A stretch of DNA of 64,000 nt from Paramoeba atlantica (lineage: Eukaryota > Protista > Discosea). The notes under the pieces are model-generated. The model was not told where the DNA came from and did no database searches. It saw only the letters and a list, made by a program, of their open reading frames with translations. Shown in pieces: positions 46,021-58,274 of the stretch. The first letter of the stretch is position 1. Each line of letters begins with the position of its first letter. The translations under genes and the position numbers were made by a program. The stretch spans positions 806,001 through 870,000 of the forward strand of contig CDRNVI010000040.1 in assembly GCA_977017575.1 (NCBI GenBank), read 5' to 3'.

Positions 46021-47448
46021 TTAAAAAACACCCGGCACCATGCGGTACCTTACGACCTTACACAACCGCTCATAGGTTTTGCCATATTTCGCTCGACACC
46101 GTGCCTCATCACGGTAGCACCGATCCACGAGCAGTATCGTCAAGAAAACTGGGTAGAACAAGCCGAGAACGAGACCCTCTACGGTCCCCAGCCCCGCATA
46201 GGCCGCGGTGAGCCCCACGGCATAGGCGAACATGAGCTCGGCTAAATAGTTAAAATGGCGAACGGTCCCCCAGTACCCGCTGAGCAGCAGCCGCGTCTGT
46301 TTGCTCTGCCCATCTTCTGTTTTATAATTTGCCTTTAAATACTTGGCACGCTTTCCGGAAATGTAAAACACTTTATTTCCGGCCGCTCGAAAGGCCACTT
46401 TTTGTGCATCGGCAGCGTAGTTAAGGTACAGAGAGAAAAGGCCGAAGAGCAGAAGAGCAATCGCAAACCCAGGTGGCATAGAAGAGGTAGCCGAGGAGGA
46501 CGCCGGCAACGAAGAGGCAAACAACAGACTGATTTGTGCATACACACAAGGCACCCAGTTGATACAGCCCCAGCAGAGGTAGAACCCCGCCCGGTCATGC
46601 ATCATGTCGAGTGTCGCAAAGTATCCCCTCTCCCACCAAAAAAACTTCCCGAGATAACCCATTTGCAGCAGAAACGCGACAAGATGAGAAATACGCATTT
46701 GTGCCAACCCTGCCACTTTGTATTCCGCCCCAAACGCACTCACCACAATCAGCGCCCACAACATCATTCCAAAACGGCAATTGGTGAATTGTTTCACATC
46801 AATCCCCCCCCACGGAAACCGTGGATGGAGCTCCCGTCCGGTATAAAAATCCCCCACGACATGGTGCAGCGTACTGTAATCCGCACTCCGGGTGCTCACC
46901 CACGCACCCCGCACATACAGCCACACGCACAACCCCCAGCTCACCCCGTTGGTCCACACCATCAGCTCCGGCAGGTGCCGTGTCCACACCTCAATCGGGT
47001 ACCCCGCTGCCCCCGGCACCCCGACATCCGAGAGCGCCACGAACCCCAGCACGGTGACCGCGAAGGCCGCGAAGCCGTTGTCGCGGTAGCGCGGGCGGCG
47101 ACCCCCGGGGGTGACCGGACCCTCGACGACCCGCCGCGGGGGCAGCGCGACCAGCCCGCACACCGCAGCGAGCGCGAGGCCCAGCAGCGCTGCTCCGGGG
47201 GTCGCGAAGTCCCACGCGTAGGCTACGGGGCTCAGCGGGGGGTGAAACAGGGGGGCGAGCGAACCGGAGGCGAGCGCGAGACGCAGGGCGTGGAGGAAGG
47301 GGGGGAGGCGGGCGTGGAAGACGGTGTGGAGGGTGGCGAGGAGGAGAACGGTGAGGGGGCAGAGGGACATGAGGAGGAGGGGGCCGAGGGTGGTGCGGCC
47401 GAAGGAGAAGAGGCCTTGGGAGGGTTGACGGTGTTGGGAGGCCCACAT
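46021..47448 (-). CDS. DHCR7: Sterol delta-7 reductase (ERG4/ERG24 family, DWF5/DHCR7-like)
   Basis: GRELHPR, DVKQFTNCRFGMM, AGFYLCWGC..WVP, SGYWG..RHFNY, DRCYRDEARC..KYG. Confidence 0.88.
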   Translation of the reverse strand: MWASQHRQPSQGLFSFGRTTLGPLLLMSLCPLTVLLLATLHTVFHARLPPFLHALRLALASGSLAPLFHPPLSPVAYAWDFATPGAALLGLALAAVCGLVALPPRRVVEGPVTPGGRRPRYRDNGFAAFAVTVLGFVALSDVGVPGAAGYPIEVWTRHLPELMVWTNGVSWGLCVWLYVRGAWVSTRSADYSTLHHVVGDFYTGRELHPRFPWGGIDVKQFTNCRFGMMLWALIVVSAFGAEYKVAGLAQMRISHLVAFLLQMGYLGKFFWWERGYFATLDMMHDRAGFYLCWGCINWVPCVYAQISLLFASSLPASSSATSSMPPGFAIALLLFGLFSLYLNYAADAQKVAFRAAGNKVFYISGKRAKYLKANYKTEDGQSKQTRLLLSGYWGTVRHFNYLAELMFAYAVGLTAAYAGLGTVEGLVLGLFYPVFLTILLVDRCYRDEARCRAKYGKTYERLCKVVRYRMVPGVF

Positions 47449-47734
47449 GGGGGGGAGAAAGAGGAGGTAAAAGAAGGAAGGAAGGAAGGAAGAAAAAAGA
47501 ATGAATTAGGGTAAAGGATACCGTTAAGCATACACCTCCTTAGTACGACAGTACCGTACTTAGTGCCATACTATTCGTACTAAGTACGAAAGTTCGTACT
47601 AAAAAATGTATACTCCCCCTGCCAGAATAAAATAAATACCGTGGAAACATTAAGTAAGCGACACATTAAATGAGGGAACGCCAATTAAGGGAACACTAAT
47701 TAAGGGAATACACTGCCGACTAATATTATTTCTT

Positions 47735-48220
47735 TTTTAGGCTCTTCGTTAAACGCGGTGGTTGTTTTCAACTTAGAAGTCACTCATGCTGCGCGCTTCC
47801 CGTTGAAAACTACCTCCGCGTTTAACGAAGAGCCTAAAAAAGAAAATTTAGCCTGGAAAACGGAATGATTATAGCCAAAAATAGCCGAATTTCGGGTAAA
47901 AATGGGGTGATTTTTGCGTATTTTTGCTCTCAGAGCACTAAATCCGACATTTGCGCGTGGGAAATCACTCGTAGGCATGAATGAAAGCCTACCGAACGTA
48001 TTGGGTAGAGAATGCGACTCCAACCATACCATTCTTTCGACACAAAAATGCCCCTTTAGGTCCGAAAAATACTTTTTCACCTTTTTTAGTCAAAAATGGG
48101 TCATTTTTAGGGGCGCACCACGGTATGAAGAAGGGATACCTTGTGAAAACAACTGCGGAGAAAGCTAGTGTAGGTCCCAAACTATCAAAATACAATAGGG
48201 GAAACGACTTTGGAAAAATA
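47735..48220 (+). mobile_element. Family A copy (palindrome half)
   Basis: Colinear with 9385-9865. Confidence 0.85.
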
Positions 48221-48326
48221 TAAGGCAGAAGGCGGAGCCTTCTGTCTTTTTGCCGCGGCGACGACGACTTCCTCGCGTGGGAAGCAGTAAAGCGCCATAG
48301 GGAGCATGTTCGTATGGCTATGTAAT

Positions 48327-48514
48327 CCAGGCTAAAGTGGACGAGGGAGATACCAAAGGCACCTTTGGAAAACCACCTCGAAACTGGAACGGTATCTCCC
48401 GGTTTGTAGAGCATTCTGATGTGGCAAAAGGGTCTTTAACGGGTGATACCGTTCCAGTTTCGAGGTGGTTTTCCAAAGGTGCCTTTAGTATCTCCCTCGT
48501 CCACTTTAGCCTGG
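48327..48514. repeat. ~70-bp inverted duplication (1 mismatch), ~48-bp spacer
   Basis: 48327-48396 versus 48445-48514. Confidence 0.85.
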
Positions 48515-49134
48515 TTTAGAAGAGGAGTAATAGTTTTAAGCGCGGAGCCTGCGACTTTACCAGTGTCCGTCGGTTCACCCCAGGGAGGAAAGAACTCAAC
48601 AATATAGGAAAAGTTGAATGTGTGTCATTCGAGTAGCAGTGCTCAACAAATCAGCGAGAAGTACGGCGTCTGATCTCGAACCATCCGCTCCATCCGGAAA
48701 AATGGTGTCGGATTTTTTCAGAAAAAGTAAATCTATCGTGGTCGCAAGCGCGATGGGGTTTCCACAAGGACAAACGTGTCGAGATGCGAAAAAATTAACG
48801 AACTCCTCCTTAACGAACTGGGCGGGATGACAGCCAGCGCGGACATGCGCCTGCTGCAGCAAAGGCGAATGTACATCGTTTCAAAGACTGTGCCATGAAG
48901 CTTCTAATGGTCCCGACACGTATTCACTACAGCGTAGTATACAGCTTATGTTGATTGTGTGCAAGTTAAGTTAAAGTTTTTTTTTGCCCCTTTTTCAAAA
49001 ATATTTGTTTCGCAGATTTTTCAAAAGGTCCGAACCCCCCATTTATACTTTCGAGAGTCAGATCCCCCCCCTTTATACTTCCAAAAGTACCGAAACCGGC
49101 GGAAGTATAAAGGGGGGTGACAGTAATAATAAGC

Positions 49135-50099
49135 TCTTTCCGTTTTCCAGGCTAAATTTTCTTTTTTAGGCTCTTCGTTAGAAGTCACTCATGCTGCGCT
49201 CTTCGAGTTGAAAACTACCGCCGCGTTTAACGAAGAGCCTAAAAAAGGAAATTTAGCCTGGAAAACGGAAAGATTATAGCCAAAAATAGCCGAATTTCGG
49301 GTAAAAATGGGGTGATTTTCGCGTATTTTTGCCCTCAGAGCACTAAATCCGACATTTGCGCGTGGGAAATCACTCGTAGGCATGGATGGAAGCCTACTGA
49401 ACGTATTGGATAGAGAATGCGACTCCAACCATACCATTCTTTCGACACAAAAATGCCCCTTTAGGTCCGAAAAATACTTTTTCACCTTTTTTAGTCAAAA
49501 ATGGGTCATTTTTAGGGGCGCACCACGGTTCGAAGAAGGGATACCTTGTGAAAACAACTGCGGAGAAAGCTAGTGTAGGTCCCAAACTATCAAAATACAA
49601 TAGGGGAAACGACTTTGGAAAAATATTTTTTTTGTCATTTTTTTCGCCCAGTTCAAATTTTTTTCAAATTTTTTTTCCTAAAAAATACGAACTCGGCGGA
49701 CCCGTCCTGCGGATACGCAGGAGGGTCACCCCCGGGTAGGGGGGTGGAAAATGCGCGCCAAGACCCCGGCTACCCTTTCTGCGGTTTTTTTTCGAAAAAT
49801 AATTTTTTCTAAAAAATTTGCTCGACCATGCCCCCCCCCCTGGACCCCCCCCATGGACTCCCCATTTTTTTCAAATTTTTTTTTCAGTTTTGGACCACCG
49901 GAGCCCCCTTTTATATTTTTTTCTTCTATTATATTACTGTGTTCCTCTTTATATTTTCACTGTTTTTGTTCACTTTTTTTTCAATAATCGAGGGTAGAGC
50001 GGTAGTTTTACAACCACCGCAACAATCGAGGGTAGAGCGGTAGTTTTACAACCACCGCAACAATCGAGGGTAGAGCGGTAGTTTTACAACCACCGCAAT
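49135..50099 (+). mobile_element. Family A copy with a triplicated 38-bp small end
   Basis: Units start at 49988, 50026 and 50064. Confidence 0.9.
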
Positions 50100-51149
50100 T
50101 GAGTTTTTAATTATTGGCGAAACTACCGTTACCCCCCCCCCCCCTTACTTAGCCCCCACTTTTTGGCCCAAGACCCGTACTTTGTGGTGAAGTAAGGGGG
50201 GTGGTGAAGTAAGGGGGGTGAATAAATGATTCAAAGTTCGATCAATTTATAGTTCTCTCGAAAATCCTCAAATTATTGAAGTACACTATGCTATCGACAT
50301 TGGGCGTAATTTCCTTTTCTTGAGTGTTGTAATACCTCGTGTTCCACATTCTATATTTTATGTTTCGTTTAGCTTGTCTACAATGTCCCATGGGCTTTTA
50401 ACTTTCCCCCCATGAAAATTTCTTACATCGTGAAATTTAAATGATGTCGCGGAACATAACCCATTGAACACCAATTTAAATTTTAGAACTACAAAACACT
50501 GTGGCGCAACTTTACGATCAAACTGACATGATGATGAAACTGACATGGAAGAAAATCGTTCTGAATTAGAAATGGTTCAACATACTAAATCATTCCGGAT
50601 AGCTCCGATCGGTAACTGGCAAGCCAGACCCTTCACAGATAGATTTGGAAATTTCGAGGCCGAAGTCCTCTACCTGTTTTCGTTAGTACAAGGCGGCAAC
50701 AACGTGCTGCTACCAACCCGTTGCGTCGACGAATCGTACGGTAAACCCAAGACAATCTTCAAAAGTTATCATTCCTGCAGCTACGAAAACTGCGTACACA
50801 TGGACAAAGAGAAGTTCTTAGTAGAAGGATGGAAAAAACCCAAAATTAGGTCCAAAAGGACTTTTGACTCCCAAAAAGATTCAAGATTTTTTACGGGGAA
50901 GAAAGTAGCATTTCACCAAAAATTAGTTTTGAAATCGTGCTGAACAAGAAGAGAAGTTACATCTTTCTAATCTTGTCAATTATTTTTCGTCATTTTTTGG
51001 TATTTTCAGGCAGTTTATAATTAAAAATTATTTTTTCCGCCCATGGCCCAGGCACCCCCAACCCTTTCTGAGTCTCACTTTTGCGTCTCCCATACAGTAG
51101 TCGAAGCGGTGGAAGAGTACAACAGTAGAACTAACGAGCGCAAGCGTCA

Positions 51150-51600
51150 GACTTAGAGTGCAGATGAGAGAAACGATTTTTTCACATTGCGCAACCATCA
51201 TTCAATTGCAGATAGCATTCGCATATGGAATCAATCACATCAAAAAAATGCGCAGAAGCAGCGCCTACCGCTTGCGAAATGAAAGCGATATACGAAAGCG
51301 TGGTAGGCAACGCGCTTTAACGGCAGAAGAGACCTAAGATATTTTAGATGGAGTAAAGCTACAGAATGATGCAAGCAAACCTGAAATTCTTTTTGAAAAC
51401 GGGGGGCCATTTTCAATGTGCGACTCCTGGGCAAGAAATTTCTTACACAAACACGGTTTTGCTGTGCGATCAGCACCCTCTGATCGGCGTGTTTCTCCCC
51501 GTGAAATAAAATGTGCTGGAGAGCATTTTCTATGAGGATCTAAAACATTTCAGCGGTATTCGACCTGAGCTTGTCTTTAACATGGACGAGTTCTTAACAT
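51150..51600 (+). pseudogene. Degenerate pogo-like transposase fragment
   Basis: Manual translation across frameshifts: KRGRQRALT, DSWARNFLHKHGF, PELVFNMDE. Confidence 0.55.
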
Positions 51601-51777
51601 AAAACAAGGGAACACTAATTAATGTTCCAGGATAGGATACCTAGTAGGTATACTAAGTGGGTACGGTATACTGCCTTTGGGCGTAATTAAGTTTAGACCG
51701 GTACTTTTTTGGACCAAAATGACCCAAATGCAAAGCGCTGGTTCGGCGACGTACACCCACAGCCCCTCATTCGTCTA

Positions 51778-52632
51778 TCAGCTACTGCTCTTTGCAAACA
51801 AACTCGTATGTAGATCAGGAACACCTTTCGTATTTTCGATGTTTAAGTTCAGCATTGTTCGCGGAAGAAGAAAAGAATGAATTTCCACAGAAAGATTGAT
51901 GTTCTCACGCAGATTCAGGACTTCTAATTGGGGAGGAAGGCAATTTAGCTGCACCAAACCAGAAAAATTATTGTCATTGCAGTATAGCCTCTTAAGTGAA
52001 GGGGGTAAAATCTGCAAGTTTAAGGACCCTCTAAACCGATTTGTCGCCAAAGAAAGGCACACCAAGTTTCGTGGTAAATTTTCAAGGTGAATTTCTCCGT
52101 AGAAAACATTATTTTGTAGTTCTATCGTAATCAAACGCGGCGGTAAGTACATAAGATCGACATTTCCTCTAAAAAAATTTACATTCAACATGAGAACTTC
52201 CAAAGTGAGCGGCAACTGTGTTAAGTCCACCAAACCCTTCTGCTTGTTACCAGACAAACGAAGATTCTCCAGGTGGGGTGGGAGCTCCTTCACAGGGAGT
52301 GTTCCGTTCAGTCGATTGTTACGAATATCACAATCCAACACTGTACAGGGAAGTGAATCCCATCGAAGGGATCCTGTGACCGCCATACGACGCCAATCAA
52401 TATGGGTGACCAGTAATTCCGGACCACACATTACACCTGCCCATGCACATGCAGGTGTTGACTCGTTCCAAGAAAGTAGCGGATATGCAATATTTTCAGT
52501 AAAGCGAACAAGTTCGTATTCTTGTGGTAAGTTCACTCTTCGTACTTTACTGGGAAGTCTGTGCTGTGAGTTACTATTTGAAACATCGGCAGTGTACAGT
52601 ATAGGACACTTGTGTGATAAATGCGGGTACAT
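51778..52632 (-). CDS. LRR family protein
   Basis: KVRRVNLPQEY, SWNESTPACAWAGVMC cap, about 7 LRRs. Confidence 0.88.
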   Translation of the reverse strand: MYPHLSHKCPILYTADVSNSNSQHRLPSKVRRVNLPQEYELVRFTENIAYPLLSWNESTPACAWAGVMCGPELLVTHIDWRRMAVTGSLRWDSLPCTVLDCDIRNNRLNGTLPVKELPPHLENLRLSGNKQKGLVDLTQLPLTLEVLMLNVNFFRGNVDLMYLPPRLITIELQNNVFYGEIHLENLPRNLVCLSLATNRFRGSLNLQILPPSLKRLYCNDNNFSGLVQLNCLPPQLEVLNLRENINLSVEIHSFLLPRTMLNLNIENTKGVPDLHTSLFAKSSS

Positions 52633-52911
52633 AAAGTAATGTACAGTAATGTATGTAGAAAATGAAGTGCAGGGGGAAATAATCTATACCACTTAAAAAA
52701 CCGTTACAGATTGATGCGGTGCAGCACGCAAGCTTTGTAAAATGATATTCCTGTGGAAGGCTCGCTCCCTGTGGCTTATCAATAGACGCTTGTGCTTCGA
52801 ATTAGAGCTACAGAGCATAGGACACTATGCAGTATTCTTGTTCTATCCTGTGCCATTTCGTGCTACCCACAGCGAAGATACTACACCCCCGTTAATTAAT
52901 TTTTATAAATA

Positions 52912-53089
52912 CTGTCCCCCCCGTTTAAGCGCACCTCGTTTTCCGTGAAAAGTGCGCTTAAACGGGGGGGGTCTGAATCAGTACATAAAAAAATTTGGCG
53001 CCGCTTCGCGGCGCCGGAGACTCCACCTCAACTTTATGTGCGCTTAAACGGGGGGTCTGACCGGGTGCGCTCAAGGGGAGGGGGGACAG
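52912..53089. mobile_element. TA-flanked MITE (CTGTCCCCC...GGGGGACAG)
   Basis: TIR and TA visible; related sequence at 57845-57980. Confidence 0.75.
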
Positions 53090-53125
53090 TATAAAACGTT
53101 TGCATTTTAACCACTGCACAGTTAA

Positions 53126-54910
53126 CCCGGGGTGCGGATTAATATGAAAATGCGCTTAAATATCCAAATAGCACTTTAATATCCAAGTAGGCACTTCAAT
53201 ATCCAAAATAGCACTTTAATATCCAAATAGGTTTTTTCACTTCAAAATCACATCCTGGAAACTGTCGCATCCGAATACTTGAAGCGCCATTCGGAAGAGC
53301 TGAAATGTCAAGAAACAACTTGGGAAATTATTTCTGAATGTAGTTCCTTAGAAGGTGATTTTGAGGCATCGCCGTCCGAAGAAGCGCCAAGTGGAACGGA
53401 AGACGCTCATCAAGTTTATAGGGTGGCAGAAAGTTCTGACCCAGAAGAAAGTGAAGGATCAGAAAGCAGCGAAGAAGGCAACAGTGAAGAAGAAGATGAT
53501 ACTGACAGTGTGGAAGAAAGCCCAAGCACCGAACAAGTGAAATTAGGTGGAGCTTCATCAAAAAATTCATTCCCCGCATACGTTTGTTCATCGCACTTTA
53601 TCCACTAAGTTGTTTCGCCGTGTTTTCAATTTTGATGAAATTCCCTTGTCCCTGCGAGGTTCCATGCGATCACTTAAGACTGTGGCAGATATTGCGGAAC
53701 AAGATATTCGAGCTTCCGTCAATCCTAACGACCGCAAACGTTGCGCGACTCTTATTTGTGGTGCCGGCGTAGTCATTGACGAAAATTTGAACCCCGTGAA
53801 GCACTTTTTTACTAAACCAATGATTCTCTTCAAGGCTAAAAGCAACATTGTAATCAATGAGACGTTTGATTCTCGAACCACGCGCAGCATAACAGCGAAG
53901 GCCGTTGTCAATTCACCATTTTTCATCAAGTGCTTCATCCCGTTTCTTCGAGCAGAATTTCGCGCACATCGCGTTGAAGGCCCAACTCTTACGATTATGG
54001 ATTCTGCGCGCCCCCATATTACCACAGATGTTCTCCAGGCGTTTGCAGAAAAGTTACAATCACACGCGGCTGTTCTCCCTGGTGGATGCACATGTTGGCT
54101 CCAATGGGTTGACGTTTACTATGCTTTCCACTACAAGGCAGCTCACACATCCCTATGGGAGGCAGAGCACAGTATCACACGTACTGCAAAGGAAAAGCGT
54201 ACGTGGTTACACTCCATGGTCGCACGACAAAATTACTTCTAACATGAATGTAAAGGATCAATTCGCCAAGTTGGGTTACTTGAACCCTTCACTTGCCCAG
54301 TTCCACTCCCCCAAGCTAGAAAACTATAAATACGACCCGCCGATAATTCCTGCAGACCGCGTGCATCAGCACAAGATAAAAATTTCCCAACAGTTTCAAC
54401 GCGGTGCACAGTCGGGCATTAGAACCGGGCCTCTAGATTCCTTTTTGACGATGCAGTTGACATCAACGCTCCAAGCAAGCAACACGCAAGCCATTGAAGA
54501 ACTGTAAGGTCAACAACTGTAATGTGATCAAGTCGAAAGATGAAATTGAAGCCTAAGACCCAAGAAGCAAGTTGAAAGGAGGAGTTGAAACATAAAATTA
54601 AAAGACCTTGTGAACGTTATATCTTTCGTATTTCTCTTATAACATTTATAATATCATAATGTTTTTTAAAAACGTCCTGCACTGAATAATCAATATTCTA
54701 GAAACGTGATTTTCCACGTGTATTCTAACACTATGTCTCCCTCGCAGCCCCACCAATCAGCACCTTTCCCACCAATCACAGCCCCGCCATACTTCATTTG
54801 GATATTAAAATGCTTGCACTTTAATATCCAAATAGAATTTTTTTCACTTTAATATCCAAATAGCACTTTAATATACAAATCCGTATTTGAATATTAATCC
54901 TCACCCCGGG
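53126..54910 (+). mobile_element. TIR element with a pogo-type DDE_1 transposase pseudogene (DD36D)
   Basis: 20-bp TIR CCCGGGGTG(C/A)GGATTAATAT flanked by TTAA; VFNFDE, IMDSARPH, LPGGCT.WLQWVD; subterminal TTAATATCCAAATAGCACT repeats. Confidence 0.85.
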
Positions 54911-54914
54911 TTAA

Positions 54915-55188
54915 TATTCCTGGTAGGAATATTAAGAGGGTATAGGAATATTAAGAGGTATAGGAATATCAAAAAAATTAGCAGAAAAGGACCAAACATT
55001 TTTTCGCGCCGCTTCGCGGCGCGGTCTTTGCTCTTGTGCTCATTTTTGGCTCTTTAGGGACTGTGCGCGCGTTAAGCTTGCTATTTTGATGAAAAAATCA
55101 TCCAAAAAAGGGAATATTGAAGGATGTGGTGTGTGGATCTCAAGCAAAGAAACGGGAGGTGTCAGGGAGAGGGGGGGGGGTAGGAATA
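54915..55188. mobile_element. MITE (TATTCCT...AGGAATA) sharing the TTAA of the preceding element
   Basis: Related sequence at 34180 and 55210. Confidence 0.65.
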
Positions 55189-55469
55189 TTAAGCACCATT
55201 GGGACACTTGATATTCCTGGTAGGAATAATACGAGGGTATAGGAATATAAACCCGGACAGTGGTTTATATTTATAAATATATTTTATACAAATTATTTTG
55301 CGAAGGTACCGGTGGACGTCACCACTATCACGTACTTTTCCCGATGATGGTGAAAGAATCAGCATTCCCAATACTTTCGGAATGCCGTTTCGACCACTTT
55401 GATGAAAAAAGGCATACAAGTTTGAAAAAAAGTTTTATAAATTATATAACGAAGCATGTTTTTTATATA

Positions 55470-55793
55470 AACCATGTTCCAGGATAGTATACCTAGTAGG
55501 TATACTAGGTGGGTACGGTATACTAAATTTTGTCTAAAAAGCAAAAAATTTTTTGCGCCGCTTCGCGGTGCGTTCCTTATCTGTAGTTGCTAGAAAAATG
55601 GTGCCTTGACCTTAAAATGCGATTTCTTGCTTGGGGATTGCTAGAAATGTTGCTCTGTCGCTTCAAAAGAAGGGACGTCTCCCGCTGCTGTTGCTGGGAG
55701 GGGGGTGGTAGGTATACTAAGTGGCCTTGGGACACTTAGTATACCTACTAGGTATACTAAGTGGGCATGAGTATACTATCCTGGAACATGGTT
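55470..55793. mobile_element. TA-flanked MITE (TIR AACCATGTTCCAGGATAGTATAC)
   Basis: Both TIRs visible; partial copy at 51620. Confidence 0.75.
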
Positions 55794-56147
55794 TATTAAG
55801 AAAAGTATAAAAGTCGAAAAATCACCCGTTTATAAAAATATATTAGCGAGGGTGTACGAATGAAGGAAGGACACTGGGTTTTGTGAGGCAAGCGAAGGAC
55901 ACAGGATTCCCAGTTGGCCGCTGGCTCCCTCAATAGATTGCGCCTCCCTTGGGAAGTTGACCCTCTCTTTGACAATTCATGGTTACCGCAAGTGCATGAC
56001 GCACCCTTGGGTCGGATTCATAACTAAACCCCCGTCCGGGTTAATATACCCCCCGGTACAATAACTAGCTACAGGTACAACACGTAGCTACAGGTACAAT
56101 AAAAATTCCGAAAAATACAGTAAAGTATTCAAATACGAGTGGATTAT

Positions 56148-57031
56148 ATTGCGGTGGTTGTATAACTACCGCTCTACCCTCGATTATTGAAAAAAAGTGA
56201 ACAAAAACAGTGAAAATATAAAGGGGAACACAGTAATATAATAGAAGAAAAATTTATAAAAGGGGCTCCGGTGGTCCAAAAATTTTCAAAAAAAAATCGG
56301 ACCCTTGGGGAGTCCATGGGGTGGGGTCCAGGGGGGGGCATACCGCACGAAATTTTTTTGAAAAAAATATTTTTCGAAATAAAAGCGCAGAAGGCGTAGC
56401 CGGGGTCTTGGCGCGCATTTTCCACCCCCCTACCCGGGGGTGACCCCCCCTCGTGTGCGCAGGACGGGTCCAAGTTCGGATTTTTTCGGAATTTTTTTTG
56501 TGAAAAAAATTTCAACTTGAAAAAAATGGTAAAAAAAATACTTTTCCAAAATTGTTTCCCCTATTGTATTTTGCTAGTTTGGGACCTATATTAGCTTTCT
56601 ACGCCATTGTTTTCGCGAGATCTCGCTTCTTGAAGCCGCGGTACGCCTCCCAAAATGACCCATTTTTGACCAAAAAAAGCGAAAAAGTAATTTTCGGACC
56701 TAACGGGGCCCATTTATGTCAAAAGAATGGTATGGTTGGAGTCGCATTCTCTACCCAACACGTGCAGTAGCCTTTCATTCATGCCTACGAGTGATTTCTC
56801 ACAAGCAAAAGTCGGATTTAGTGCTCTGAGAGCAAAAATACGCAAAAATCACCTCATTTTTACCCGAAAATCGGATATTTTTGGCTATAATCTTTCTGTT
56901 TTCTTCAGCTTTCCAAGCCAAATTTTCTTTTTTAGGCTCTTCGTTAAACGCGGTGGTAGTTTTCAACGCAAAGCGCGCAGCATGAGTGACTTCTAAGTTG
57001 AAAACAACCACCGCGTTTAAAGAGCCTAAAA
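56148..57031 (-). mobile_element. Family A full-length diverged copy
   Basis: Small end at 56148; palindrome 56930-57031. Confidence 0.85.
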
Positions 57032-57085
57032 AAGTTACGGTTATTTTTAATTACGGTTATTTTTAATTGCGGTTATTTTTAATTA

Positions 57086-58274
57086 CTGTCCCCCCCTATT
57101 TAGTGTTGAGTCAAATCCGGCAAAATTCAACACTAAATAGGGGGGTAAGAAATCTCCCCCCCCAAAAAAAGATCCCCGCTTCGCGGCGTATTGTTTTCAA
57201 AATCATGATTGTAAAGGGGCGCCCGGTTTACCATACCCCCCGGTATGGTACGAGATCACACGTACGGTAGCAGGTCACAGGTATGGTAAGTTGGTGGGCT
57301 AAATTTGTAAAAAAGTGATTGCCAGCATATGTTACCAGTGGATGTTAATAATATCACCAACAAAAAGTCATAGAAGTGAAAAAACGTGATAAATAGTAAA
57401 GAAAACAAACGAATAATGCTCTGTAGGGTTATGATCTACGTGGGCCACCTCGAACAAGAAGTCGATATCATATGCTGTCTGCCTGAGTAACCAGGGGGGG
57501 TATGCTATCGGCCCCGGGTCACGATACCATACCACCCCGGCGTGGTACCAGGTCACAGGTATGCTAAATAGCAATAGTGATGTTAAACAACCCGTTCAAC
57601 CGAGAAAAAGGTAGATAAAATCTTCCATGCTGCAAAAAGAGGAATTCAGAATTGAAATTCGGACGGTGAAATTCGACAAGAGATTTGAGATGCACTGAAA
57701 TCTCTTTTCCAGCCGCTTGAACGCGGTATTTTACAAAAGAGCGCCTGTAAAGAACTGTAGAATACGGCCCTGTAGAATACGGTCAGCTATCAGGGCTCCT
57801 TTTCTTTGCCAATAACTGCTAAACCGGACCCCCGTTTAGTATTACTGTCCCCCCCCGTTTAAGCGCACCTCGTTTTCCATGAAAAGTGCGCTTAAACGGG
57901 GGGGTCTGAATCAGTACATAAAAAAACTTTGGTGCCGCTTCGCGGCGCCGGAGACTCCACCTCAACTCTATGTGCGCTTGAGTATAAAGGAGAACCAATC
58001 AAGCGAAGAATGAATACAACCCCGTTCACCAAAAATGGGACCAACGTTTATAGAGCTACGAGTCTTGCTTTTTTGTTGATTGCAAATATCACCATGCGTG
58101 ATTAAAGTAAATCAGTAGAAATCAGTAAAAAACCACAAATAACAAGCAAGGATAAGAAAAAAAGTGTTAGGAAAAAAAAATTACGCGCCGCTTCGCGGCG
58201 CCTATACGTACCGAACTCAAAATTCAACACTAAATAGGGGGGTTGAGCACTCAATAGTAAATAGGGGGGGACAG
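57086..58274. mobile_element. TA-flanked TIR element (CTGTCCCCCCCTATTTA) with nested MITEs
   Basis: TIR pair at 57086 and 58274. Confidence 0.6.

Noticed and set aside
50545-50943. 132-aa plus-strand ORF
   Set aside because: No recognisable motif; lies in a TE-rich tract against the gene strand
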